64,000 nt of DNA, from NCBI RefSeq assembly GCF_013315695.1, contig NZ_CP054353.1; one strand, 5' to 3'. Each line of letters starts with the position of its first letter. Positions within the stretch are counted from its first letter, which is position 1. Source of the DNA: Escherichia coli (GTDB lineage Bacteria > Pseudomonadota > Gammaproteobacteria > Enterobacterales > Enterobacteriaceae). Below, piece by piece: positions 1 through 7,107 of the stretch. The position numbers and the translations under genes are program-made. Under the pieces are notes generated by a model, which worked only from the letters and a program-made list of their open reading frames with translations, did not search any database and had not been told where the DNA came from.

Positions 1-11
1 GAATCCCCCCG

Positions 12-1067
12 TTAACCAATTTTGACGGTAACAAATTTGCGAATATCTGCCGGAACCGGCTGCGGTGCGCTGTGCGTCTGCACGTACTCAATCGCCGGAT
101 CGCCGTCCTCAATCCAGTTTTTCGGGTAAAACATGTTTTGCGTTGCGCCCGTTCTTACCGCTTCCTGTTCCAGGATCGCACCATAGGCCACCAGCCCTTT
201 ATTGTTGGTGTTGCCCAGGACCAGCAAATCAGGCTCAAGGAAATATTTTTCTGTGCCGTCGCTGTCAGTGTATTTGCCGGAATAGACGATAAGGGCCAGA
301 TCACCAAGATAGCCTTTAAAGCTCACCACTTCGCCCAGGTTTTTACATGCCAGCTCTGCGGCGGATTCTGAACCACGGGAGAGATCGTACAGTTCACGGA
401 ATTTTTTAAAGCTGCGTAACATGCGCCATACATCAACGCCCATAATCATGACGTTTGCGGGGCAACCTGCCTGATCTGCGTATAGCTCAATGTCATAGAT
501 TGGGTCGTGTATGTCTTTGTCCTGCTCTGACCATTTTTTACCGTCGGCCTGCTCTATGATGTTTTTTTCCGGTATCTTCCAGTCGATTTCATAGCGCTCT
601 ATGCCTTCGCCCTCAATGATGTTTTTTCCGGTCGTTACCGCATTTACCGCCAGCCATTCCACGCGCGCTTTAATGGCGTTTATCTGGCGGCGCATGTTGC
701 CAGTAATCAGGCGCATACGGCGGTAGGTAGGGTCGTTAAGCTGTGCTGGATCTTCTCCAGCCATGCGCATTATTGTTTTTAATGGATCGATTTCGTGTTT
801 TGGCTTCATGTAGCCAGGGCGAATAATGCTTGTTTCGTACCCTTTATCGCGCTGAACCTGGCTACCCACCATAGGCGAACAAAACGCCGACATAGTGACT
901 TCTTCAATATCCAGGTTATCTAACATGATGTCCTGTGTGTTGAATGTCGCCACGTTCGGGAAAAACAGCGCGGTAAACAGCGGACTGAATTTAAATTCCG
1001 CAATATCCTCGCGATTCAGGTACGCAAAAAGCTGGTTAGTGTTAAGTGCTATTGCTTTTACTGTCAT
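12..1067 (-). CDS. Major capsid protein, lambda gpE family
   Basis: 351-aa ORF; translation shares many conserved blocks with lambda E as I recall it (GY.KPKHE, DP.YRR.R, RSFK, RGS.SE, VYSG.Y, VLGNT, YPKNW..GDPA, QSAP). Start overlaps stop of upstream gene (TAATG); GGGGGTGA RBS. Confidence 0.8.
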   Translation of the reverse strand: MTVKAIALNTNQLFAYLNREDIAEFKFSPLFTALFFPNVATFNTQDIMLDNLDIEEVTMSAFCSPMVGSQVQRDKGYETSIIRPGYMKPKHEIDPLKTIMRMAGEDPAQLNDPTYRRMRLITGNMRRQINAIKARVEWLAVNAVTTGKNIIEGEGIERYEIDWKIPEKNIIEQADGKKWSEQDKDIHDPIYDIELYADQAGCPANVMIMGVDVWRMLRSFKKFRELYDLSRGSESAAELACKNLGEVVSFKGYLGDLALIVYSGKYTDSDGTEKYFLEPDLLVLGNTNNKGLVAYGAILEQEAVRTGATQNMFYPKNWIEDGDPAIEYVQTHSAPQPVPADIRKFVTVKIG

Positions 1068-1273
1068 TATTCACCCCCGTGAACCTGATTCATACCCAGC
1101 GCCGCGCGTAAATAGGCGCGTACCTGCCAGCCTGTTGACGGCTCAACCATCGCCAGCGGATCAAGTCCTGCCGCAATGCCTGCTTTTACGTTCTGCTGGT
1201 GGCGTTCCTTGAGCGCCTTCACGATGTCGGGGCTTATGTACACCGAAACACCGCCTTTTTTCTCTTCAGCCAT
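1067..1273 (-). CDS. Hypothetical small protein (68 aa), first gene of capsid operon
   Basis: ORF with AAGAGGA RBS ~10 nt upstream; translationally coupled to capsid gene; no recognisable family. Confidence 0.45.
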   Translation of the reverse strand: MAEEKKGGVSVYISPDIVKALKERHQQNVKAGIAAGLDPLAMVEPSTGWQVRAYLRAALGMNQVHGGE

Positions 1274-1304
1274 AGTAAGAAATTCCTCTTTGACTTAAAA
1301 AATC

Positions 1305-1358
1305 ATAACTGGATGTTCATCCAGTTATGATTATAATCATGATTGCATTTTGTGCAAT
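1305..1358 (-). promoter_or_regulatory. Promoter/operator of capsid operon: three adjacent palindromes overlapping sigma70-like -35/-10
   Basis: Perfect 24-bp palindrome ATAACTGGATG-TT-CATCCAGTTAT (1305-1328); 14-bp palindrome ATGATTATAATCAT (1327-1340) containing TATAAT on minus strand; ATTGCA-N5-TGCAAT (1342-1358) containing TTGCAC -35 at 16-bp spacing. Confidence 0.5.
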
Positions 1359-1436
1359 GATATTGAGTTGCGTTGCAAATTATGAAATTATTATCCCGAT
1401 CATGTGTGTCAGTGCACCAAAAAACCTCATATGCAA

Positions 1437-1510
1437 AAGCCCGATAAGCCACCTCTGACCTTATCGGGCTTTTTTTGGGCGCAAAAAAGCCGGATTGCTC
1501 CGGCTGTGTG
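1437..1510 (-). terminator. Two tandem hairpin terminators downstream of PerC-like gene
   Basis: GCCCGATAAG...CTTATCGGGC hairpin flanked by A-run and T-run (bidirectional), then AGCCGG-attgct-CCGGCT hairpin followed by T-run on minus strand. Confidence 0.5.
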
Positions 1511-1527
1511 GTGTGGTTCTGGTATTC

Positions 1528-1776
1528 CTACTCTGCTAATTTGCTCAGCCCCATGTCTGCGTAAGTGCGATTTACTGCATTTCTCAGGTCTGCATAGTTC
1601 TCCGTTGGCGGCTCCGGTGGCCTCTGTGCCTTCCTGGAACATTCCAGCCGTCGCATCGTGATGTGATGCCGTTCCTTGTCTGTCTCCACCAGCATCATGA
1701 CTTCACCCCATCGCGCCGCCGCCCTCCGGTAAAATCCTTTCGCTTCGAGTTCTTCCGCTATGCGGTCATGTACCAT
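1528..1776 (-). CDS. PerC-like transcriptional regulator (82 aa)
   Basis: Start chosen at internal ATG with GAGGGGGTGA RBS 10 nt after SSB stop; motif AEELEAKGFYRRAAARW resembles the PerC/Pch family signature from memory; needs profile search. Confidence 0.45.
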   Translation of the reverse strand: MVHDRIAEELEAKGFYRRAAARWGEVMMLVETDKERHHITMRRLECSRKAQRPPEPPTENYADLRNAVNRTYADMGLSKLAE

Positions 1777-1786
1777 CGTCACCCCC

Positions 1787-2197
1787 TCAGAACGGAATAT
1801 CATCACCGTAAGGGTCATCGCCTCCCGCTGGTGGCTGATTACCCTGTGCGCCTGTGGTTTTGCGTCTGTTCCCGCCAGGACGTGCCGCACGGGCACTGAT
1901 TACGCTGTCTGCAATAACCTGATAACCCTGACGCGTCTCCCCGTTCTGTCCGGTCCACTGGCTTACCTGCATCGTGCCGGATACGCTGGCAACGTCGCCT
2001 TTTTGATGTTTAGCCAGGAAGTCGGCCTGCTTACCAAATGCGATGACCGATAGCCATAACGTCGCCTGTCCGTCCTGTGCCTGACTGCATGGCAGTGATA
2101 CCGCCATACGCGCCAGCGTCATCGGTGTGCCCTTGCTGGTCTGTTTTACCTGCGGGTCGTCCACCAGCCGACCGTAAGCCGCTATCTGTGCTGTCAT
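1787..2197 (-). CDS. ssb: Single-stranded DNA-binding protein (SSB)
   Basis: 136-aa ORF, Gly/Pro/Gln-rich C-terminal linker ending in acidic tip ...GDDIPF, the hallmark SSB C-terminus; GGAGAGGTGG RBS; ATGA overlap with upstream gene. Confidence 0.8.
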   Translation of the reverse strand: MTAQIAAYGRLVDDPQVKQTSKGTPMTLARMAVSLPCSQAQDGQATLWLSVIAFGKQADFLAKHQKGDVASVSGTMQVSQWTGQNGETRQGYQVIADSVISARAARPGGNRRKTTGAQGNQPPAGGDDPYGDDIPF

Positions 2198-2445
2198 GAT
2201 TCCACCTCTCCGGTTTTAACGTTGATGGTTGTTACCTGTTCCGCTTCGGCAATCTCCCGTTCTGTCAGCGTGGCAAAGTTTGCCGCCGCCGTGGTCATGA
2301 ATGCGCTTATCAGGTCGGGATGTTCCTTCGCGTATCCTTCCCGCGTGTGGCGGTCTATCGTTCTGATTGCCACCTTTAAGGTGTGCTCAGTCATGTCTAA
2401 CGCTTTATATTTTGGCTCTGTTCTGTCTCTGCGTGTTCTGGTCAT
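2194..2445 (-). CDS. Hypothetical protein (83 aa) between ori and ssb
   Basis: ORF with GAGGTGG RBS before ATG at 2445 (ORF track extends to TTG at 2457); coupled to ssb by ATGA overlap; no recognised family. Confidence 0.45.
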   Translation of the reverse strand: MTRTRRDRTEPKYKALDMTEHTLKVAIRTIDRHTREGYAKEHPDLISAFMTTAAANFATLTEREIAEAEQVTTINVKTGEVES

Positions 2446-2477
2446 TTGCCACCTCAATTTATATATATAGAAACATG

Positions 2478-2795
2478 TGCGGGTTATGCGGGTTATTGGG
2501 TTATCTTAGCGTGCTAACCATTTTTTATCCTTTTATATCAGTATTTTGCAAAACACCCTGTTTATTATTTGCCCACCACGTAACCCGCAAAACGCTCAAA
2601 ATAACCCGCAAACGGGGTTTTTTCTGCGGGTTACGCATGACTGTCCGGTGTTACTTCAGTTATTCGCCTGCGGGTTATAATCGTGCTTTTGCGGGTTATA
2701 AATGCCCTTTTGCGGGTTACGTGCGGGTTATTGGTTTCCTTTATATTCATGCACTTAATACACTTATACACAGGATAACCCGCATAACCCGCAAT
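2478..2795. repeat. Iteron array / replication origin of the island
   Basis: About 11 copies of the 9-mer GCGGGTTA(T/C) in both orientations with AT-rich spacers, including tandem pairs, directly downstream of the primase-helicase gene. Confidence 0.7.
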
Positions 2796-2815
2796 TTTTT
2801 TCCTCACACAGGGGA

Positions 2816-4939
2816 TTAATCTTCATCATCAGGCTGGAACATCAGCACGTAAAAAACATGCTGCTTACCCCCAATCTTGCCCAGCGCCTTTTTTTTGTAT
2901 CGGCGATCGCTTCCCTTCTCCAGCATTCCGGCAGCATCCAGGGCACGCGCAAAATGCGCCGGATTAAATCCCTTCGCTATCTCACTCTCAAACACGTGCG
3001 GGAACGTGTAATAGCGCATCTCGTCATCTTCGTTGCGAATGCTCCCTTTTCTGTATCCGGCAAGCTCTTTAATCGGTAAATCACGCTCATCTGTATTGGG
3101 GTACGGAAGGTAGCGGCTAAACCCAAACGACGACAAAAACGCCTCAGCCTGTTCAACCATCTGTTTAAATTCCCTGTTACCCGTGCCGAACTCCTTCACC
3201 CAGGCATTAAAGTTATGCTGTATCGCGTCGCGGCATTCCTGCACGACCCAGCCAGTTACATGACCGGAAAGCACAAGCGCGGCCTCCAGTATGGCGAAAC
3301 GTTCACCCACGCGGTGGACCTGCTCGCCGTAGCTCTCCGGTATCAGGTTGCGCCACCGTTCGCGGCATTCCCTTACCGTATCCTTTGCCTCCTGCTGGTG
3401 GCCTGCCAGCCATTTAACCCACTCACGACCCGCCGCCCCGTGATTTGCTGTCCAGGCATCCTTTAACGCGTCAGCATGTTCCTTACCGTTGCTGTATTCG
3501 TGAAATTTCGTGGCTTTTTCCATCGGAACGTTAAGCAGTCGGACAAGCTGCCCCGCCTTAACTTTTATCCCCTCACTTTTGAGGAATGTCTCAACGTCCA
3601 TTTCTCCGGTGCTGATTGCCACCGTTCGCCAGTGTTTGATCTCCCTGTTGCCGCCATCCTTCGCCCCCTGCAATTTCCCTGAACCGTTAAACAGCGTATA
3701 AGCAGACGTTGACACTTCCCGCGCATTTCCGGCCTGGCCTATCTCATCCAGTGGTAAAAGCCCGTCATTATGGGCCTCGGCCTCATTGGCAATACCTAAC
3801 GCCGTGCCGTACCAGGTCAGCCGCTGCGCGTCCGGCTCTCCCCATAAACTTGATGCGATGTTCTGCGTGGTGGTCTTACCTGCCGATGACTGTTCGAAAA
3901 GATGCACCCCGAAGCCGTCAGCACCCACAAGGCCAATTAAAGGCGCTGCCAGTGACGTTGCCACACCCAGCATCATTGAGGCATTACCGCCAGCCAGCCG
4001 CGCCACACTCTCGCGCCAGCCCTCCGCCGTACCCGCCACGGAATAACCGTTAATCGCGGCGCTTTTTCCGGTAAACAGGATCGGTTTTTCAGAATCACCA
4101 ATGATCGAACCGTCCGGCATGATGTACGCGCCAAAATGCCAGCCCGTTGTTGTGCTTAACTGCCATTCCTCATGGCTTCCGCTTAACTGCATCCAGTCCG
4201 CCAGGATTGCCCTGTATTTGCCGTTGGTTGTCACGTTCAGCCCGTGATCTTTAAGTAACCGCCAGCCGTCACGGTCGCCGATACCACCACACGGGATCGC
4301 CATTGTGATGACTTCATGATTTGCTAATTTTTTCCAGCGCATGACGCGGTAATGCTCTTTACCGATCGTCCCCGTTCCCAGTAGTTCAAGCGGAGAACAT
4401 AACCACGTCTCAGGCCGGATAATTTCGCCTGACTGCTTATCCACTTTGGGCGTTACCCAGAAAACACCATCGGCGCGACTTTCAACGCGTGGCTTTAATT
4501 CGTCATCGCTATGGCTTCCGGTATCTTTTTTCTTTACCGGAAACTCAATAACCAGACCATCAGAAAGATTCTGCCGCTCACGGGCCAGATATTCGCGCCA
4601 GTTCTCCACCTCCTGACCGTGCATTCCATCAGGGTAAAAATTTGCATCCTGTACGCCTGCCGCCGCCAGCTTCTGACCAATCGCCTTGATCATTACTGGC
4701 TCAAGATGTCCGGCCCTGAATATGCGTACTGATTTTCGGCCTTCCGGCACAATTTGCAGCTTATCCAGTTCGGCAAGTTGTTGCTCTCCAAGCCAGACAG
4801 GAGGCACGTTATCGCCAGCCAGTCGCCCGTCCTGTTCCTGCCACTGTTTCGCATGTGCCCAGGCATCACTACCCGCAAAAATGATGACTTCCGTCATTTT
4901 GTCACGTGGCTGGTGTTTTAAATTTGGCGCTTTTTTCAT
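2816..4939 (-). CDS. Primase-helicase (P4 alpha-like, D5/SF3-type)
   Basis: ~707-aa ORF; Walker A-like SSAGKTTT; size and position (next to iteron ori, downstream of int/alpA) typical of satellite replication proteins. Likely start ATG at 4939 with GGAGAG RBS, overlapping upstream stop (ATGA); ORF track extends to 4954. Confidence 0.75.
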   Translation of the reverse strand: MKKAPNLKHQPRDKMTEVIIFAGSDAWAHAKQWQEQDGRLAGDNVPPVWLGEQQLAELDKLQIVPEGRKSVRIFRAGHLEPVMIKAIGQKLAAAGVQDANFYPDGMHGQEVENWREYLARERQNLSDGLVIEFPVKKKDTGSHSDDELKPRVESRADGVFWVTPKVDKQSGEIIRPETWLCSPLELLGTGTIGKEHYRVMRWKKLANHEVITMAIPCGGIGDRDGWRLLKDHGLNVTTNGKYRAILADWMQLSGSHEEWQLSTTTGWHFGAYIMPDGSIIGDSEKPILFTGKSAAINGYSVAGTAEGWRESVARLAGGNASMMLGVATSLAAPLIGLVGADGFGVHLFEQSSAGKTTTQNIASSLWGEPDAQRLTWYGTALGIANEAEAHNDGLLPLDEIGQAGNAREVSTSAYTLFNGSGKLQGAKDGGNREIKHWRTVAISTGEMDVETFLKSEGIKVKAGQLVRLLNVPMEKATKFHEYSNGKEHADALKDAWTANHGAAGREWVKWLAGHQQEAKDTVRECRERWRNLIPESYGEQVHRVGERFAILEAALVLSGHVTGWVVQECRDAIQHNFNAWVKEFGTGNREFKQMVEQAEAFLSSFGFSRYLPYPNTDERDLPIKELAGYRKGSIRNEDDEMRYYTFPHVFESEIAKGFNPAHFARALDAAGMLEKGSDRRYKKKALGKIGGKQHVFYVLMFQPDDED

Positions 4940-5235
4940 TTCTGCTCTCTCCACGCGGCAATCATGTTTTTCAGTTCCTGTAGTTTTTTATCCACATCCA
5001 CACGTGACACATGGTTATTTCTGGAAGTCGGGATTTCCCGCCTGAATCTGCTAATAAAGATCTCCACGTTCAGCGAACTATGAAATGAATAGCCATCACG
5101 AATAAAATACACACGGTCAAACATCAGTTCTTTTACCGTTACTCTGTTGCCGTTCTTATCCAGATAAATAGCGCCGGGGATAATTTTGGGGTGTGCATAA
5201 CCGCTGGCAGTCAAGCCAGATAAATATGTTCTCAT
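4936..5235 (-). CDS. Hypothetical protein (99 aa), low-GC cargo
   Basis: ORF translationally coupled to primase gene (ATGA); local GC ~30-38% versus ~50% for neighbours; no recognised domain. Confidence 0.5.
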   Translation of the reverse strand: MRTYLSGLTASGYAHPKIIPGAIYLDKNGNRVTVKELMFDRVYFIRDGYSFHSSLNVEIFISRFRREIPTSRNNHVSRVDVDKKLQELKNMIAAWREQK

Positions 5236-5241
5236 GATTAT

Positions 5242-5562
5242 TTATCCCCGATTTGAATCAGTATTCGCTTTCTTTATAGCATTTAATGCATTTGTGGCAT
5301 TTTCAATGGTGCACCGTAACGAAATATCAAACTGCCCAAGCATTGCCAGTAACAAACCGATATTACCCATATCAATGCGCATGGCCTTTTCGTCATATTC
5401 CTCATTTTCTGACGCATACCACATCAGGCTACCAATTGACGCAATACCCATTGATATATTGTCAGTAGCCCCATCCGCAGCGGAATAAACTTTTTTAGCA
5501 ATATCATGCTCACAGTTAAAATGCGGATTAATCAGGTACTGGTAATTGGTCATGTCAGGCAT
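5242..5562 (-). CDS. Hypothetical protein (106 aa), low-GC cargo
   Basis: ORF starting ATGCCTGA-overlapped with upstream 67-aa gene; low GC; no recognised domain. Confidence 0.5.
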   Translation of the reverse strand: MPDMTNYQYLINPHFNCEHDIAKKVYSAADGATDNISMGIASIGSLMWYASENEEYDEKAMRIDMGNIGLLLAMLGQFDISLRCTIENATNALNAIKKANTDSNRG

Positions 5563-5758
5563 GGCACACCCCCTGACGAATACGGGCGGCGAATACCATC
5601 ACGCAGCCAGCCGGGGATTGCTGGCGTGCTTCCTGTTCGCTGCTGGCCTCAATGGTAATCACGCGCGGTTGTGCCGTGCTCAGGGCGATAAAACGCCAGA
5701 TGTATTTATTCAGGTTGTGCGAGTCCCGCCCTTGCGGGTGTGTGGTATGATTTAACAT
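5555..5758 (-). CDS. Small conserved satellite protein (67 aa), possibly Icd-like
   Basis: 3' portion of a long spurious ORF; ATG at 5758 preceded by GAGG; native-like GC; YIWRF...FAARIR pattern vaguely matches Icd-like annotations from memory (unverified). Confidence 0.4.
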   Translation of the reverse strand: MLNHTTHPQGRDSHNLNKYIWRFIALSTAQPRVITIEASSEQEARQQSPAGCVMVFAARIRQGVCHA

Positions 5759-5839
5759 AGCTACCTCGATACTGTTGCTATCGTTGGTTGTTAGACGCCC
5801 TGCATGTGTTGCGAGCACTGCGGGGCGTTGCTCTTTCAG

Positions 5840-5885
5840 GTGTATTTCACCTTTGCTTTTTAATTTACTCACTGGTGAAATACAC
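5840..5885. promoter_or_regulatory. Perfect 12-bp inverted repeat in divergent promoter region (candidate operator)
   Basis: GTGTATTTCACC (5840-5851) and GGTGAAATACAC (5874-5885) separated by a 22-nt loop, followed by T-rich tract; lies between divergently oriented 67-aa gene and RHH gene. Confidence 0.45.
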
Positions 5886-5951
5886 TTCAAGCCTTTTTTT
5901 ATCATTTTTTTTGCGTATACTGACATACACCAATTTTTAGGAGATCCAGAA

Positions 5952-6131
5952 ATGGCAACTGGTGCAAAGAACGCAAAATCACAAATGACAACTGTCAGAA
6001 TCCCACATGAAGTAATGGATGATATTGAGCAACTTAAAGAACCTGGCGAAAGTACCGCTGGTTTTTTAGTTACTGCCGCAAAAGGCGAGATCAAACGCCG
6101 CCAGCGCCGCAAGGCCAAAGAATCAGAATAA
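5952..6131 (+). CDS. Ribbon-helix-helix-like small DNA-binding protein (59 aa), candidate repressor
   Basis: ATG at 5952 preceded by AGGAGAT RBS; N-terminal region (TTVRIPHEVMDDIEQLK) has RHH/CopG-like character; basic C-terminal tail. Confidence 0.45.
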   Translation: MATGAKNAKSQMTTVRIPHEVMDDIEQLKEPGESTAGFLVTAAKGEIKRRQRRKAKESE

Positions 6132-6188
6132 TCACTATCAGCGCCGTGGCGTGAGGTACTCCGGCGCATTGCTTTACAGGTCAGTACT

Positions 6189-6398
6189 ATGAGCAAAAAA
6201 CACCGATCAGCAGATGAGATTTTTGCAGAACAACGAAGATTGCTTTTGCAAAGTATCATTTCACGCCAGCAAGAGAAGGCGCGAGCTAAACAAATGCCAC
6301 CAAATACAGAACCAGCGCCTACAAGATTTGCGCTTGATGATTTTCTCGATAAACACCCCAGGGTAATGAAAGCAAACAAAAACCGCCCACCAGCCTGA
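6189..6398 (+). CDS. Hypothetical protein (69 aa)
   Basis: ORF downstream of RHH gene on same strand, followed by a strong terminator; weak RBS; no recognised family. Confidence 0.35.
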   Translation: MSKKHRSADEIFAEQRRLLLQSIISRQQEKARAKQMPPNTEPAPTRFALDDFLDKHPRVMKANKNRPPA

Positions 6399-6441
6399 TA
6401 GCGGCTATCATCCCCGTGCTTATGTTTAGTGTTTCCAAACT

Positions 6442-6469
6442 GGCGACCTCCCAAGGTCGCCTTTTTTTT
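6442..6469 (+). terminator. Rho-independent terminator
   Basis: GGCGACCT-ccca-AGGTCGCC hairpin followed by T8. Confidence 0.65.
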
Positions 6470-6488
6470 ATGTGCCATTGTCACCACC

Positions 6489-6785
6489 TCAAGCGGCCTT
6501 GCCTGAATTAATGCGTTCGCGGTTTTTGACCCACGCCACAACCTCAGACTTAACCCAGCCAACAGAACGACCGCCGAGACTGATACGGGAGGGGAAGCGG
6601 CCCTGCTTTTCCATCTCGTAACGAGTTGTGCGGCAAACGCCTGTTAGCTCTCTGCATTCTTTTTCGCGGATTACGCGATCTTCATTTATTTCACGCATAC
6701 AAAAACCTACATAAAAATTACGTATATAAACTTTTCTCTTAGCTGTAGATATATGAGATCGGATATTACTTAGATTCTTTTTCAC
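6489..6785 (-). CDS. alpA: AlpA/Vis-family phage transcriptional regulator / excisionase-like
   Basis: C-terminal part matches AlpA-type HTH pattern (ECRELTGVCRTTRYEMEKQGRFP...GGRSVGWVKSEVVAWV). Start uncertain: GTG at 6785 or ATG at 6698. Confidence 0.6.
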   Translation of the reverse strand: MKKNLSNIRSHISTAKRKVYIRNFYVGFCMREINEDRVIREKECRELTGVCRTTRYEMEKQGRFPSRISLGGRSVGWVKSEVVAWVKNRERINSGKAA

Positions 6786-7107
6786 CTCTTAAATTAAAAA
6801 CACAACCATGCTAAAGGCTTTGTTCGCTAAGGTTCGTAGAAGCTCGTTAGTGTTTAAAATCGTGTCACGAGTTTTTAAGCGACGCAACAAAAAATGTCGT
6901 TATTTGGCATGACACCTGAATTACCTCATTAAAAACAAATAGATAAACCATCAGGTGTTGGAACAATCAAGAAACAGAGAATAAGAACTAAGAAGAAGAC
7001 ATTTCAAATTTTTTCAATACTTGACACATATAAATCGTCGATATTTGCCGATATTCGACGATTTATTTTAGAGGGCCATTTTTCGCAAGAAAAACAGCCG
7101 TAATTTG

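Noticed and set aside
2478-2795. Possible CRISPR array (many short repeats)
   Set aside because: Repeats are only 9 bp, occur in both orientations with irregular spacing and no cas genes; pattern fits replication-origin iterons next to a primase gene.
2367-2819. 150-aa plus-strand ORF across the iteron region
   Set aside because: Translation is driven by the repeated GCGGGTTAT motif; no RBS; region is better explained as non-coding origin.
5555-6562. 335-aa minus-strand ORF from the six-frame track
   Set aside because: Low-complexity Cys/Ser-rich translation overlapping two well-formed plus-strand genes with RBS and terminator; only its 3' terminal 67 codons (5555-5758), which have their own RBS and native composition, were kept.
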